DNA of 64,000 nt from Malacoraja senta. Its lineage: Eukaryota. Under the pieces are notes generated by a model. That model was not told where the DNA came from. It ran no database searches and worked only from the letters and a program-made list of their open reading frames with translations. Location: assembly GCA_038087875.1 (NCBI GenBank), contig JAXLNO010002965.1, positions 1 to 64,000 on the forward strand, written 5' to 3'. How positions within the stretch are numbered: position 1 is the first letter of the stretch; each line of letters begins with the position of its first letter. The translations under genes and the position numbers were made by a program. Positions 50,196-62,307 of the stretch are shown here, one piece after another.

Positions 50196-50854
50196 ATGCT
50201 GAGCGCTCCTTGGCGATGCTGAGCGCTCAGCATTCTGCAGTTGTACAGAGCCCTAGTGAGACCACACCTGGAGTATTGTGTGCAGTTTTGGTCCCCTAAT
50301 TTGAGGAAGGACATTCTTGCTATTGAGGGAGTGCAGCGTTGGTTTACAAAGTTAATTCCCGGGATGGCCGGACTGTCATATGCTGAGAGAATGGAGCAGC
50401 TGGGCTTGTACACTCTGGAGTTTAGAAGGATGAGAGGGAATCTCATTGAAACATATAAGGGCTTGTTAAGGGCTTGGACATGCTAGAGGCAGGAAACATG
50501 TTCCCAATGTTGGGGGAGTCCAGAAGCCGCAGTTTAAGAATAAGGAGTTAGCCATTTGAACGGAGACGAGGAAACACTATTTCTCACAGAGTGGTGAGCC
50601 TGTGGAATTCTCTGACTCAGAGGGCGGTGGAGGCAGGTTCTCTGGATACTTTCAAGAGAGAGCTAGATAGGGTTTAAAGATAGCGGAGTCAGGGGATATG
50701 GGGAGAAGGCAGGAACGGTGTACTGATTGGGGATGATCAGCCATGATCACATTGAATGGCGGTGCTGGCTCGAAGGGCCAAATGGCCTACTCCTGCACCT
50801 ATTGTCTCTTGTCTATTGTCTTTAGCGTTTTGAAACCAAAGGCAGCTTTAGCGG

Positions 50855-52300
50855 GTTTTTTTATTTTTGAATTTCTTTTATTAGAAGCGATTGTACAAGG
50901 ATAAGGCGATCGACATAACACTTATACAATTATTGTACAGCTTCATTTTTAACGTTAGAACCTAAATCGGAAAAAAAGAGAGAAAAAGGAAAGAATGACG
51001 AAAGAGAAGTAAAATAAGAACAAGCTAGAAAATAGACCCTAAGGTACCAAAGAAGTGCAAGAGAAAAGAAAAGAAATAAGAAAAAAAAAGATGGAAATAT
51101 ACCTTCCCCCCTCACCTATCCCTGACATCAGGTTTAAATTTGTGTTTAACCATTCTGTTGTTGCAGAAATTCAGTAAAAGGGAACCATGTCTTAAGAAAT
51201 TGATCTGCTTTTCCCGCCAAGAAAGCCTAATATTTTCCAAATGTAGTGTATCGGACTTATCAGTATTCCACATCTTCACTGTAGGGACTGTTATCTGTTT
51301 CCAGAATTTGAGTATTAATTTTTTCGCCGTTATTAGGCCATAGTTGAGGAAACGTCTTTGGAATATCGTTAATTTAGAGCAGGTATCTGACATACCTAAA
51401 GTGATCCGTTTTATATCTGGTTCCAATTTAATGTTAAGTATTTTGGAGAAGATATCAAATATTCCCCTCCAGAAGTTTTGTAACTTTATACAGGAGGCAA
51501 ATGAATGGGTTATAGTCGCGTTTTGGAGGAGACATTTATCACAAATAGGAGAGACATTTGGGAAGATCTTGTTTAATTTGGTCTTTGAATAGTAGAGTCT
51601 ATGCAGTATTTTAAATTGTATCAGGGAGTGCCGAACATTGAGAGAGCAGTAGTGTATGTATAGAAGGCTTTCCTCCCAGCTATCTTTTGAAATTAATAAA
51701 CCCAATTTGTCTTCCCATGTTCGCCTATGCCTCTAAGAAGATGGGATGTATGCAGTTAAAAGAGTATTGTAAATGTAGGATATTAACTTGCTTGTATCAA
51801 CATGTCTTTTCATGCAGTCATCTAGTATATCTGGACCCAAAGAGTGACAGTCTTGTGTATATGTTTTCACATAGTCTCGGATTTGAAGATATCTGAAAGA
51901 ATTACTTGCTTTCGTGATATTTCTCCTGTAATTCTTGAAACGAGAGGAAAACCCCCTTCTCGTAAAGATCTCCCACCGTTTTAATTCCTGAGTTTTTCCA
52001 TTGTGCAAACGCCTTATCTAAAGTAGACGGTTTAAACAAGGGTTTATTAGCGATTGGTAAAAGGAGAGAGAAATTTCTCAGTTTGAGGTTTGATTTCAAC
52101 TGTTTCCAAATGCGTAGGGTACTGTGTATTATCGGATTTTGCTCAAACATTGATTTATTCAGATGTGTTGGAGAAAGAAGAATTGCGCCTATATTAAAAG
52201 GCAAACAATCTTCCCTCTCCATTTTTAACCAGTTTACCTGTTGGCATGTGTCATCCATCCAGTAGATTAAGTTTTTGATATTAGTCGCCCAGTAATAGAA
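50855..52300 (-). mobile_element. Second 5'-truncated L1-clade fragment (frameshifted)
   Basis: ORFs 51902-52258, 51733-52008 and 51112-51705 are homologous to the 45.6-47.3 kb L1 (LNVRHSLIQFKILHRLYYSK, CDKC). Confidence 0.88.
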
Positions 52301-52304
52301 AAGG

Positions 52305-52665
52305 CTTTAGCATTTCGAAACCAAAGGCAACTTTAGCATTTTCAAATCTTAGGCAACGATAGCGTTTTGGAACATTGCCCATTTCCTTCACTCCATAGAT
52401 GCTGCTGCACCCGCTGAGTTTCTCCAGCACTTTTGTCTACATAGCGTTTTCAAACCTTAGGCAACTTTAGCGTTTTCAAACCATAGGCAGCATTAGCGTT
52501 TTCAAACGAGACAGCTTTAGCGTTTTCAAACCAAAGGCAGCTTTAGCTGTTTTCAAACTAAAAGCGGCTTTAGCATTTTCAAACCAAAGGCGGCTTAACG
52601 TTTTCAAACCAAAGGCAACTTTAGCGTTTTCAAACCAAAGGCGGCTTTAGCGTTTTCATACCAAA
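52305..52665. repeat. About 26-bp minisatellite (about 12 units, plus 1-2 more at 50820-50852)
   Basis: Unit ctttagcgttttcaaaccaaaggc(a/g)(a/g). Confidence 0.88.
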
Positions 52666-53255
52666 GCCGGAGCACCTGGAGAATGTCCACGCAGGTCACG
52701 GGGAGAATGTACAAACTCCGTACAGATAGCACCTGTAGTCGGGATCGAACCTGGGCCTCTGGTTCCACCATGCTGCCCCTCAGCTGCTCTGCCTTTCAGT
52801 CAGACCATTTATCTCGGCACCATTTAAGGCCATACTCTCAATTCCGTAATATTAAGGCCAGTCATCTCGGTGTTGAACTGGTCTCAAGTCTGGTCTCCGT
52901 AGCCGCTTGGGCAGAGAATTCCCTGCATTTCCCATCCTCTGGGTGTTAAGCTGCTACAGTTCAGTGAAGTTTGCTTTCAATTGAATGGTGGATTCTGCGG
53001 GCAATTGATGGGAATTTGTGAGGAACTAGTTTCAAGGAGTATTTGTGAAGGACTGGGATTCTCTGAGAACTGGCATTGATTTGATGGGCTGAAATGGCCT
53101 ATGTCATAAGGAAATATGAAATATGGAAAAGTGACTTTTCTGCATTACATATTTGTAAATTTGACGTTTATGTTGTGAAATAAGTAGCTGCGAGTAGAAT
53201 TAAAAAGCCTCCGAACTTAAAAATAAACTTGTGTGTTTCATTTCTATTCCTAGAT

Positions 53256-54207
53256 ACATAGAAACATAGAAAATAGGTACAGGAGTAGGCCATTCGGCCC
53301 TTCGAGCCTGCACCGCCATTCAATATGATCATGGCTGATCATCCAACTCAGTATCCCGTACCTGCCTTCTCTCCATACCACCTGATCCCTTTAGCCACAA
53401 GGGCCACATCTAACTCCCTCTTAAATACAGCCAATGAACTGGCCTCAACTACCCTCTGTGGCAGAGAGTTCCAGAGATTCACCACTCTCTGTGTGAAAAG
53501 TTTTTTCTCATCTCGGTCTTAAAGGATTTCCCCCTTATCCTTAAGCTGTGACCCCTTGAATTGAATTGAATTGAATGCTGTTTATTGTCATTCAAGCCTA
53601 GGCTTGAACGAAATTTCATTCCTACAGTTTTGTTTTACATTACAAAAAATCACAAGACCCACACTTAACACAGTTTACATAAACATCCAAACATTGTCCT
53701 GGACTTCCCCAACATCGGGAACAATCTTCCTGCATCTAGCCTGTCCAACCCCATAAGAATTTTGTACGTTTCTATAAGATCCCCTCTCAATCTCCTAAAT
53801 TCTAGCGAGTACAAGCCGAGTCTATCCAGTCTTTCTTCATATGAAAGTCCTGACATCCCAGGAATCATTCTGGTGAACCTTCTCTGCACTCCCTCTATGG
53901 CTATAATGTCCTTCCTCAGATTTGGAGACCAAAACTGTACGCAATACTCCAGGTGTGGTCTCACCAAGACCCTGTACAACTGCAGTAGAACCTCCCTGCT
54001 CCTATACTCAAATCCTTTTACTATGAAAGCTAACATACCATTCGCTTTCTTCACTGCCTGCTGCACCTGCATGCCTACTTTCAATGACTGGTGTACCATG
54101 ACACCCAGGTCTCGCTGCATCTCTCCTTTTCCCAATCGGCCACCATTTAGATAATAGTCTGCTTTCCTCTTTTTGCCACCAAAGTGGATAACCTCACATT
54201 TATCCAC
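53256..54207 (-). mobile_element. Young 5'-truncated CR1 inserted at a splice acceptor
   Basis: ORF 53665-54207 (DKCEVIHFG...LVRPHLEYCVQFWSP); flanked by agat at 53252-55 and 54208-11. Confidence 0.88.
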
Positions 54208-54209
54208 AG

Positions 54210-54484
54210 ATGTTGCTGCAGAAGGTGAAGGAAATTGAATCTGCTGTGGAAATCAGTTGTGAGCAGCTGATGCAGTCTGGAAACTGCAGAGCTGCGCTGC
54301 AGCAGTTTCCAGACTGCATCAGCTGCTCACAACGATAGAGATAAATAACTCATTTAAGGGCCTGTCCCACTAGGCAATTTTTTCGGTGACTGCCGGCGTC
54401 ATATCAGTGTCATCACGCCACAAATGTTTTGGTGTTGATGTTGTCGGCCACAATATCTGCAGATGCATCAAGATGCCCCTGGGG
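54210..54484 (+). pseudogene. Probable SUN-gene luminal coiled-coil exon disrupted by a 154-bp insertion
   Basis: MLLQKVKEIESAVEISCEQLMQSGNCRAALQ | insertion with in-frame TAG at 54336-38 | MHQDAPG. The ctgcag duplicated at 54297-302 and 54457-462 brackets the insert. The exon end is uncertain. Confidence 0.5.
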
Positions 54485-55066
54485 TGTGGCACAGCAGCAG
54501 GTTTGCCTGTGGCTGAGCTGTGTGCAGTATAACGCTGATGCTGTGTGTTTACAGCCATGAGTGGAGTAGCAGTAGACCTGGGGAGGGGGGCTTCGTCGGT
54601 TGCTGCGTGAAACCGGTCAACGTTGTTTTTAGTTTAGAGGTACAGCGTGGAAACACGCCCTTCGGCCCACCGAGTCCGTGCAGACCAACGATCACCCTTA
54701 CACCGGTAGTCAGGATTGAACCCGGGTCTCTGGCGCTGTAAGGCCGTAGCTCTACTCTGCACCACCATGCTGCCTCTGCTCCTGCACCCTGATGACTTGC
54801 TTTGTCCTGTATAGGACAGATTTTGTCTGGGCCACAGCCAGACATAAAAACAGTATTTTTCCACAAGCAGTAGCTCGACTCAACAGCCAAAAGTCTGTAG
54901 CCTCTTTTAATCTGGTACTTTATTTCCACATGTTTAAATTATAATGTTTTATTTTTAAATGTCCACTGTATATCTTGTTTTTATCCTTGCAAGCAAAGCA
55001 TCAAGGCAAGTTCTTGTATGTATGCATACTTGGCTAATAAAATTATATTGATTATTATTATTATAG

Positions 55067-55223
55067 GTTGACAGATGAGCAGAAGCAGCTACTGACTGCA
55101 CTGGTGCTGCTGGAGGAGCAGCTTAGCCAGACACGGCTGGAGCTGCAGGCTGTACGTGCGGCACAGAAGGACATGGACTCCAGCATGCAAGCTTTGGAAA
55201 GCAGACTTAAAAGTATGACTGAT
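55067..55223 (+). CDS. SUN1/SUN2-like protein, coiled-coil exon
   Basis: ttatag|G TTG ACA...GAT|GTAAGT; LTDEQKQLLTALVLLEEQLSQTRLELQAVRAAQKDMDSSMQALESRLKSMTD, in frame with the next exon. An alternative acceptor at 55075 is possible. Confidence 0.8.
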
Positions 55224-57842
55224 GTAAGTTTTCCCAAATAGTTTTTTATTTAACTGTAAAAGGCCACAATTTAGCACTTCTTCTGCCTTGGAGATGATCA
55301 AAGAGATTGAGGTGAAGAGGAAAGTGTGGAAAGTATCTTGCCCTCTTTCCTCCCCTTCTTTAACACCCAACTCTCACTCTCTCCCTCCCTCTCTACTGTG
55401 TTCTTCCCTTTCTCTCACTGTCTCTCCTTTCCCCCCTCTGCTCCTTTCCCTGTGTTCACGACGTGGTGTCCTCAACATTGGAGATACCAAACAGGCACTG
55501 GGTTCAATCCAAGGGGCACTCCTGAGCTTCCTGTTATCTCATTCTGACTCTTGGATGTGGGAGTGACTGAACAGTCTGTGACTTCCTGCACTGTTGCAAT
55601 GAGGCTCAAAGCAATCTTGAGGAATGGCATCTCACCTTCCATTTGGGCTCATCGCAGTCCTCTGGGCTTGAACAGAATTTGATAATCTTGGGTAACTTGA
55701 TTCCTCTGTTAGTATCAGTTGTCCATTTGTGATAATTGCGTTGGTTTGTTTTTTTAAATCTCTATCCAAATGTGGAGGGCATGTCCATGCTGACCTGCCA
55801 GACATGTCTTGTCTGAAAAGCGTCTCCACCAGAAACGTCACCCATTCCTTCTCTCCAGAGATGCAGCCTGTCCCGTTGTCTATCTTCGGTTTAAACAGCA
55901 TCTGCCATTCCTTCCTAGACATGTCTTCTTGCTCTGCATTTTGCAACTGCTACGATCTTTGTCTATTTGTCTCATCACCTTACCGCTCCTATTCACTCCT
56001 TGACCAGATAACTTTGTGTGCAGCTTATCCCCATGGTCACCTGGTTTGACACTATCAGAGCCATCCACCCACCTGTGCAGCTTTACAAGTTTCTTTTGTC
56101 ACCTCCCCAGTTCTGACGAAGGGTCTTTGACTTGAAACATGAATTCTGTTTCTCTGGCTACAGATGCAGCCTGACCCGAGTCTCCCAGCATTTTGTTTTT
56201 CAGATTTATTCCATCTGCAGCTTTCACGCATTTATTCTAACTTGTTTTTCTATATGACTGCCACCTTTCAGTCCATGTTAGCACATGTGCCCTCATATGT
56301 GGCAAATGCCTTTTGGAGATCTAAATACACATTACATTTACAGGAGATCAACACAAAAAGCTGGAGTAACTCAGCGGGTCAGACAGCATCTCTGGAGAAA
56401 ACAAATAGAAAAGTCCTTTTTCCAGAGATGCTATCTGAGCCGCTAAGTTACTCCAGCTTATTGTGTCTATCTTTGGTTTAAACCAGCATTTGCAGTTCCT
56501 TCCTCCTACATTTACAGGTTTCCCTTATCAACTCCCTATCACATCCTGTCAAGTTTTGTCACACATGATTTTCATTAAACCATGTCGGCTACGTTTGATT
56601 AGATGCAGCTTACCAAATGATTAGTTATTTCCTCTTGTGAACTATGAGTGCTGGATGAATTATAATCATAGAGTGATACAGTGTGGAAACAGACGCTTCG
56701 GCCCAACTCGCCCACACCCACCAACATGTCCCAGCTACACTAGTCCCACCTGCCTGCGTTTGGTCCATATCCCTCCAAACCTGTCCTATCCATGTACCTG
56801 TCAATTGACCTCTAGTTCCCACCTTCTGTTTTATATGCTGGGAGGCCAGGTGAATCTCACTCACAGCCTCTTCTACTGCTGGTCCAGGTGCCCAGTAAAT
56901 GTGAGTTCTGCTTCCAACAACCATTCAGGCAGTGAACCCTTGGCCCACTGTACTAATTGCATCAAACCCTTGTGCTAATTGAATGACATTTCCAACTTTG
57001 TGCAGGAAAGATGGTTACCTTGTTTACTCTAAATGGACTAGTCAGAATATCATAACCTTATGTGTAGGAAGGAACTGCAGATGCTGGTTTACACCGCAGA
57101 TAGACATCAGCGAGACAGGCAGCATCTCTGGGGGAAGGGGGGGATGGATGACATTTTGGGTCGAGACGTCTGAAGAAGGGTCTCAATCCTAAACATGATC
57201 CATTCTTTCTCTCCAGAGATGCTGCCTGTCCCGCTGAGTTACTCCAGCATTTTGTCTTTTTTTCTATAATATTATAACCACTCAAACAATCTACCTGCTG
57301 CAATTCCTGACGACTCTCTCCTTGCAACCTTTCTTCTCCAGTCCTGCCAATGTCGTAAACCTTTCTTGTGCCTCTCTAGTGAACTTCCATCAATCCTGTA
57401 GGGAGGCAACCAGAATCCACACAATGTTACAGGTACGGCTGAGCTAACATTTTCCACAGTTCCAAGATGACTGTCCCACTACCTTCAAAGATCCCACAAC
57501 AAGATAGACACAAAATGCTGGAGTAACTCAGCGGGATGGACAGGATCTCTGGAGCATTAGATGCTGCCTGGTCCGCTGAGTAACTCCAGCATTTTGTGTC
57601 TATCTTCAGTGTAAACCAGCATCTGCATTTCCTTCCTACACAACAAGCTCTCCAAGATCTTTCTGTTCCCCACCACAGTTCAGTATCCTTTCAGCTATAA
57701 TGTATTCCCTTGCCTTGTCTCCCTCGCCAAAGGATCAACAATTGTAAAATAATATATTTTTTAAGATGACAAAGATACTGCTTTGCATTGATTTCAATGT
57801 CTACAAGGAGGAACACTGACTATCCAGCTCTTGTGTGTTTAG

Positions 57843-58055
57843 AAGGAGACGGCATTGCTCCCACTTGTCCACAAGCTGCTCTTCAGTTCATCACAAGACA
57901 GCACAGGGGAACCACTGACAGAACAGCTGGTGCATCACAAGGAACTCGAGGCCCTCCTCGCTGGCTTGGAGAAGAAGATCCTCTCAGATGCATCACTTTA
58001 TCCTCGTCCGGCAATGGAGACACACTCGGCAGCTGTCAGAGCAGGGATTATTAAG
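57843..58055 (+). CDS. SUN1/SUN2-like protein, pre-SUN helical exon
   Basis: gtttag|AAG...AAG|GTACAA; 213 nt, phase 0-0; ...HHKELEALLAGLEKKILS... Confidence 0.85.
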
Positions 58056-58133
58056 GTACAAGCATGCAAGCAGCCAGTGGCTCTAACTCTGGAACACATC
58101 ATTGTATTTCAGAAATGTAATTTATTGATAATA

Positions 58134-58950
58134 CTAGACTAAGTGGGTCCCGTTGGGTCCCATGTTCACACGGGAGGGCTGGTCCACCAATGCAATATTC
58201 CACCTCTCCACCAATTCTAATATTGGTGGCCGGTGGGAGGGGGAGGGGCTTTCTGGGTGTTGTGGGCTGAAGGGACTGGTTTCCAAAGGGCTAGTATGGA
58301 CATTGTGGGCCGAATGGATTATTGGGCTGGCAGCTCAGTCACTCAAGCCTGGTGTGCTGGCAGCTCACTCACTCACGGCTGGTGGACTGGCAGTTGACTC
58401 GAGGCTATTCCTTTAAATTCCATTTCAAGCAGAGTGCAGGCCACCAAATTCAAATGAAGTTTCCTACTATTTCAAGCAGAGAACAAGGCCACCAAATTCA
58501 AATGCAGTTTCCTACCATTTCAAGCAGGGTGCAAGGCCACCAAATTGAAAAGCAGTTTCCTAGGGCCAAGATGGCCTGTTTCCGTGCTGTTATGGTTATA
58601 TGGTTACCATTTCAAGCAGGGTGCAAGGCAACCAAGGTGACCTCTCCCTCCCCCATCTTGCAGAGACTGAGCCATTCCCACAGTTCCGAGTTTTATAGTC
58701 CCTCCCCCTCACACCAGAAGGGGCGTGGCCTTCATGGCAGTGATTGACAGGAGAGAGAATCTCAACATTTTTTAAACACAAATAATTCTTTTATTTTTCA
58801 TCGATGGGAAAAATCCTCTTGCCCTGTGCAGCGGAAGGGGACTCTGAGTAAGATGACTAAAAATCACAACCGTAAGTGGTAGCGTTTTTTCTAAAATCAA
58901 TATGCAGTGCAAACAGGAAGTGGTCAAGATGAGACTTTTAATTATATAGA
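58134..58950 (-). mobile_element. Non-autonomous Helitron with an internal 47-48-bp tandem array (58422-58630)
   Basis: Minus strand begins A|TCTATATAATTAAAAG and ends with a near-palindromic hairpin followed by CTAG|T; no TSD. Confidence 0.75.
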
Positions 58951-59039
58951 TATATAGTAATGAAATTGGGGCATGTCTTGCTCTACGTTCCATCAATTCA
59001 GCACTTTCGCTTGCAATGTGTCAATGAACACCACATCCT

Positions 59040-59690
59040 TAAACAGTGCTCCTATGAAGTGTCTGAGAGTCCCTCAGTGTCTAGTGGTGGCCGGACCTTA
59101 GACCAAGGCCACTCCCCCACAGCCTCTGTGGTCACTGCACTGAGCTTCAGTGTGTCCCTCACACCACATATTCTCGCACCCTGGAATGTGCCAGTCGGCA
59201 GCAATTCATTTACCCACATCTTATGCGGGAAGATCAATTTTTGGGCAGACCAAAGTGAGTCTTCCGCTGAGATAATGATCTTCCAGCTGCAGTTGAAATT
59301 TATCTTGTTGTGTGTCCCTGTAAACAGTTCCTAGATCACTGATGCACAACTGCACAGGATGAACCATGACAAGAGCCCTTGCATTCTCCTTCTGACCTTC
59401 CTGTCAAACACCCAGTGCATAAGGAGGTGAATGTTGTCCACACCACAACCATCTCAATGGCAGCGTGCAGTGGGGTGCTTTTCTGACAGAGCAGGCAGGG
59501 TCTGACTGGGAGGGCTCCTCACACTACTGTTGGCGAGTTCCTCTGTCTGATTGGGGAGCCATCTGATGGGATCCATCGAGTCCTTCTCCCACAGTGCCTG
59601 TAACTCGTTCTACCTTGATCACGTGGTCACGGGTAGTTTTCTTCAGGAACCTTTCTGTGAAGGACAGGTAGTAAGGCAATGTCAAACTGA
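59040..59690 (-). mobile_element. Decayed Tx1-like LINE 3' fragment
   Basis: Degenerate FLKKTTRDH...EKDSMDPIRWLPNQT and LWSAQKLIF...VRDTLKL segments resemble the Tx1 ORF2 C-terminus. Confidence 0.5.
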
Positions 59691-60048
59691 ATGGAACATT
59701 GCATAAGTTAACACCGGCCAACATGTCCCAGCTACACTAGTCCCACCTGCCTGCGTTTGCCCCAGATCCCTCCAAACCTGTCCTATCCATGTCAATGTAC
59801 TGTAATAATTATTGACCTGATCACATAATCCTGCAGCCTTCTATGCTGTATACTTGGGCTCTCCATCGCTCACTTTTATTACACCTTGCTAATTCCAGAT
59901 TATGGGAATGGATAAGAGGGATCATTTTGTGGGAACTGTTGAAGGGAGCATTGCCCGTCTGGTTTCTGTATGTGTGTGGGCTCTGCACTCTATTGCCCTC
60001 TACTGCCCCCTTCTTATCCCACATTATTGTTATTTTATCCTTTGGTAG

Positions 60049-60133
60049 GAAGTGAAAAGCATTGTGGAGCAAGCCCTGAAACTGTACAGCGCTGACAGGG
60101 TTGGATTGGTGGATTATGCACTGGAATCTGCTG
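60049..60133 (+). CDS. SUN1/SUN2-like protein, start of SUN domain
   Basis: tggtag|GAA...GCT G|GTAAGT; EVKSIVEQALKLYSADRVGLVDYALESA (SUN hallmark DYALES). Confidence 0.95.
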
Positions 60134-60729
60134 GTAAGTATCAGACAAAAGCCCGGGCCAAGTAAAACTCTGAATGTAACAGACTGAAAGGGTGTTGTGT
60201 GGGCAGGCACTTTAGTCATGTTTGACTTGCTCCTGTGGAATGGGGTCTCTTTCACACTGGGCAATATGTCCTGAATAGGCAAGTACAGATCTATGTTGAC
60301 AGTACAGGTTTCCCCAGAGCTGCTGAGGTTCACACTGCTGAATGTTAATTTAACTTGTAACTGCTTGATGTTGCGCCAGCAACAACTCATTTAAAGGCCG
60401 AGCCATCGGTGGGATGGCCTTGCCCTGGGGCACCATCGGCCATCTTTATTCTGTCCACTGCTCCACCATCCCTTCAAACACATTGGTTACTCTCGTGTAC
60501 ACTCTCTCCGAAGCTTCATGCCTTTCTGAGGGCAACGCAGCCAGGACTGGATGCACTACTCCAGCTGTGGCCAAGCCTGTGCTTTACAAAGTTCCCCATC
60601 ACTTCTTTGCTCTTGTACCCTGAGCCGTTATTTATAAAGTACAGGCGTTTTTAAACAACATCCTAAACTTTCTTCTTTCAGTAAATTAGGCACATATATC
60701 ACCCTCGTGTGTAAGAAGGATGTGAAGGT

Positions 60730-60757
60730 CTGATGAAGGATCTCGACCCGAAACGTC
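60730..60757 (+). ncRNA. Hammerhead-like motif with canonical CUGAUGA core
   Basis: CTGATGA-a-GGATC-tc-GACCC-GAAAC-GTC-a, with one stem II mismatch. Confidence 0.45.
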
Positions 60758-62288
60758 ACCCATTCCAGAGACACTGTTGTTTCTTCACTCCTTTTAGAAT
60801 TGTGCCCTCTAGTTTACATTACCTTATTCCTCCTCCCAAAATGAAATATTTCACATTTGAATTACAGCTGTTCAAACCATATTCTGTATTTGCCTCCAAT
60901 TCCATGAATATCCCCAGTTCACAGTATCGTCTGCAAATCTGAAACTCCAAGTCATTTAATGTGTATGAAGAAAAGATGGGTCTTATTCTGCCCTCTGGCC
61001 AATTTTACAACTTACAATTAACCTACAAACCTGTACATCTTTGGAGTGTGGGAGGATACAAGAGCACCCGGAGAAAACCCATGTGGTCACAGGGAGAATG
61101 TACAAACTCCGTACAGACAGCACCCGTAGACAGGATCAAACCCAAGTCTCTGGTGCTGTCAGGCAGGAGGTCTACCGATCCGTCACTGTGCTGCCCTGAT
61201 TTAATTGCTCCCCTCTACTGTTGGATGGCCAGTTTTATTCCGTGAAGCAAAGTTTAAGTTGCAGAGAAAGTGAGAACAAAGTAGATAGACTGGAGACCAG
61301 GAGACATTTGAGATGAATGTCGATACCAGCTGGATCGGTGAAGATGCAACTAGTGGTAGACGAATGAAATCTTAAACACCTGTAGAAGTGCAAGAAAAGA
61401 AGACAAGCTCATGGTTTGAAATGTGGATAGAAGCTTGGTTCTTCTCAAGCTAACATTGGACAATTGGAATTGTGTAGAAAGCTGAAGATCTACTTTAGGT
61501 TTCAGCCGTCTGCAGAATGACCAGGATGCTGCCTGGATTAGACAGAATGTTAGAATAGAATATTAGCTATAAGGGGAGGTTGGACAAACGGAGCATCAGA
61601 GGCTGAGACGAGACCTGATAGAAGTATATAAAATTATGAGAGATATATAGATGGAGGAGGCAGTCTTTCCCCAAGGTGGAAATGTCAAATACGCCAGGGC
61701 ATAGAGTTAAGGTGAGAGGGGGGATGTTTAAAGGAGATGTGTGAGGCAAGTTTTTCTTGCACAGCTGTAGGTGTGTTGTCGGGAGGTGGTGGAAGCAGAT
61801 ACAATAGTAATCTTTAAAAGGCATTTGGACAGATACATGTACAGACAGGGAGTAGAGGGATGTAGACCATGTCCAGTCAGATGGGATGAGTTAGGCAGAC
61901 ACAGTGGGACAAAAGGGCCTGTTCCTGCGATGTAAATATATGTTCTACAATATTTTTAAAATATATGTTCTACAAGATAAATTGTCCTTTCTGGTTAGTC
62001 TCTAAACTAGGTCAGATGTAATGCTAAATGACTTTATATAATTGAGAAAAAGAACCTATGCAGACAGCAGTCGTTGGTTGCACACGTTCCCAGCTAACTG
62101 CCCACAAATAACAATATTTTTATATCTTGGTCAGCGGGTAGAAGTTTTACTCCCATTTTATGTTACAGAAATCTTTCTCATTGTGCTTAATTTTTGCAAA
62201 AACAGCTCCTTGTTTATTATAGTTGTATTGAATGGAAAAATGATGAGAGCAAGTAAATGGTTGAGATTTGGGAGGGTACTTATCCAAC

Positions 62289-62307
62289 CACTGCCACCTG
62301 GTGGCCA
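62289..62307 (-). promoter_or_regulatory. CTCF-like motif (near-consensus)
   Basis: Minus strand TGGCCACCAGGTGGCAGTG. Confidence 0.6.

Noticed and set aside
54555-54600. Acceptor-like tgtgtgtttacag|C followed by HEWSSSRPGEGGFV as a further SUN exon
   Set aside because: Would need a 54-70-nt intron and an unclear donor; the frame cannot be resolved by eye.
59821-60390. 189-aa minus-strand ORF
   Set aside because: Antisense to a clear SUN exon and its flanking introns; no recognisable domain.
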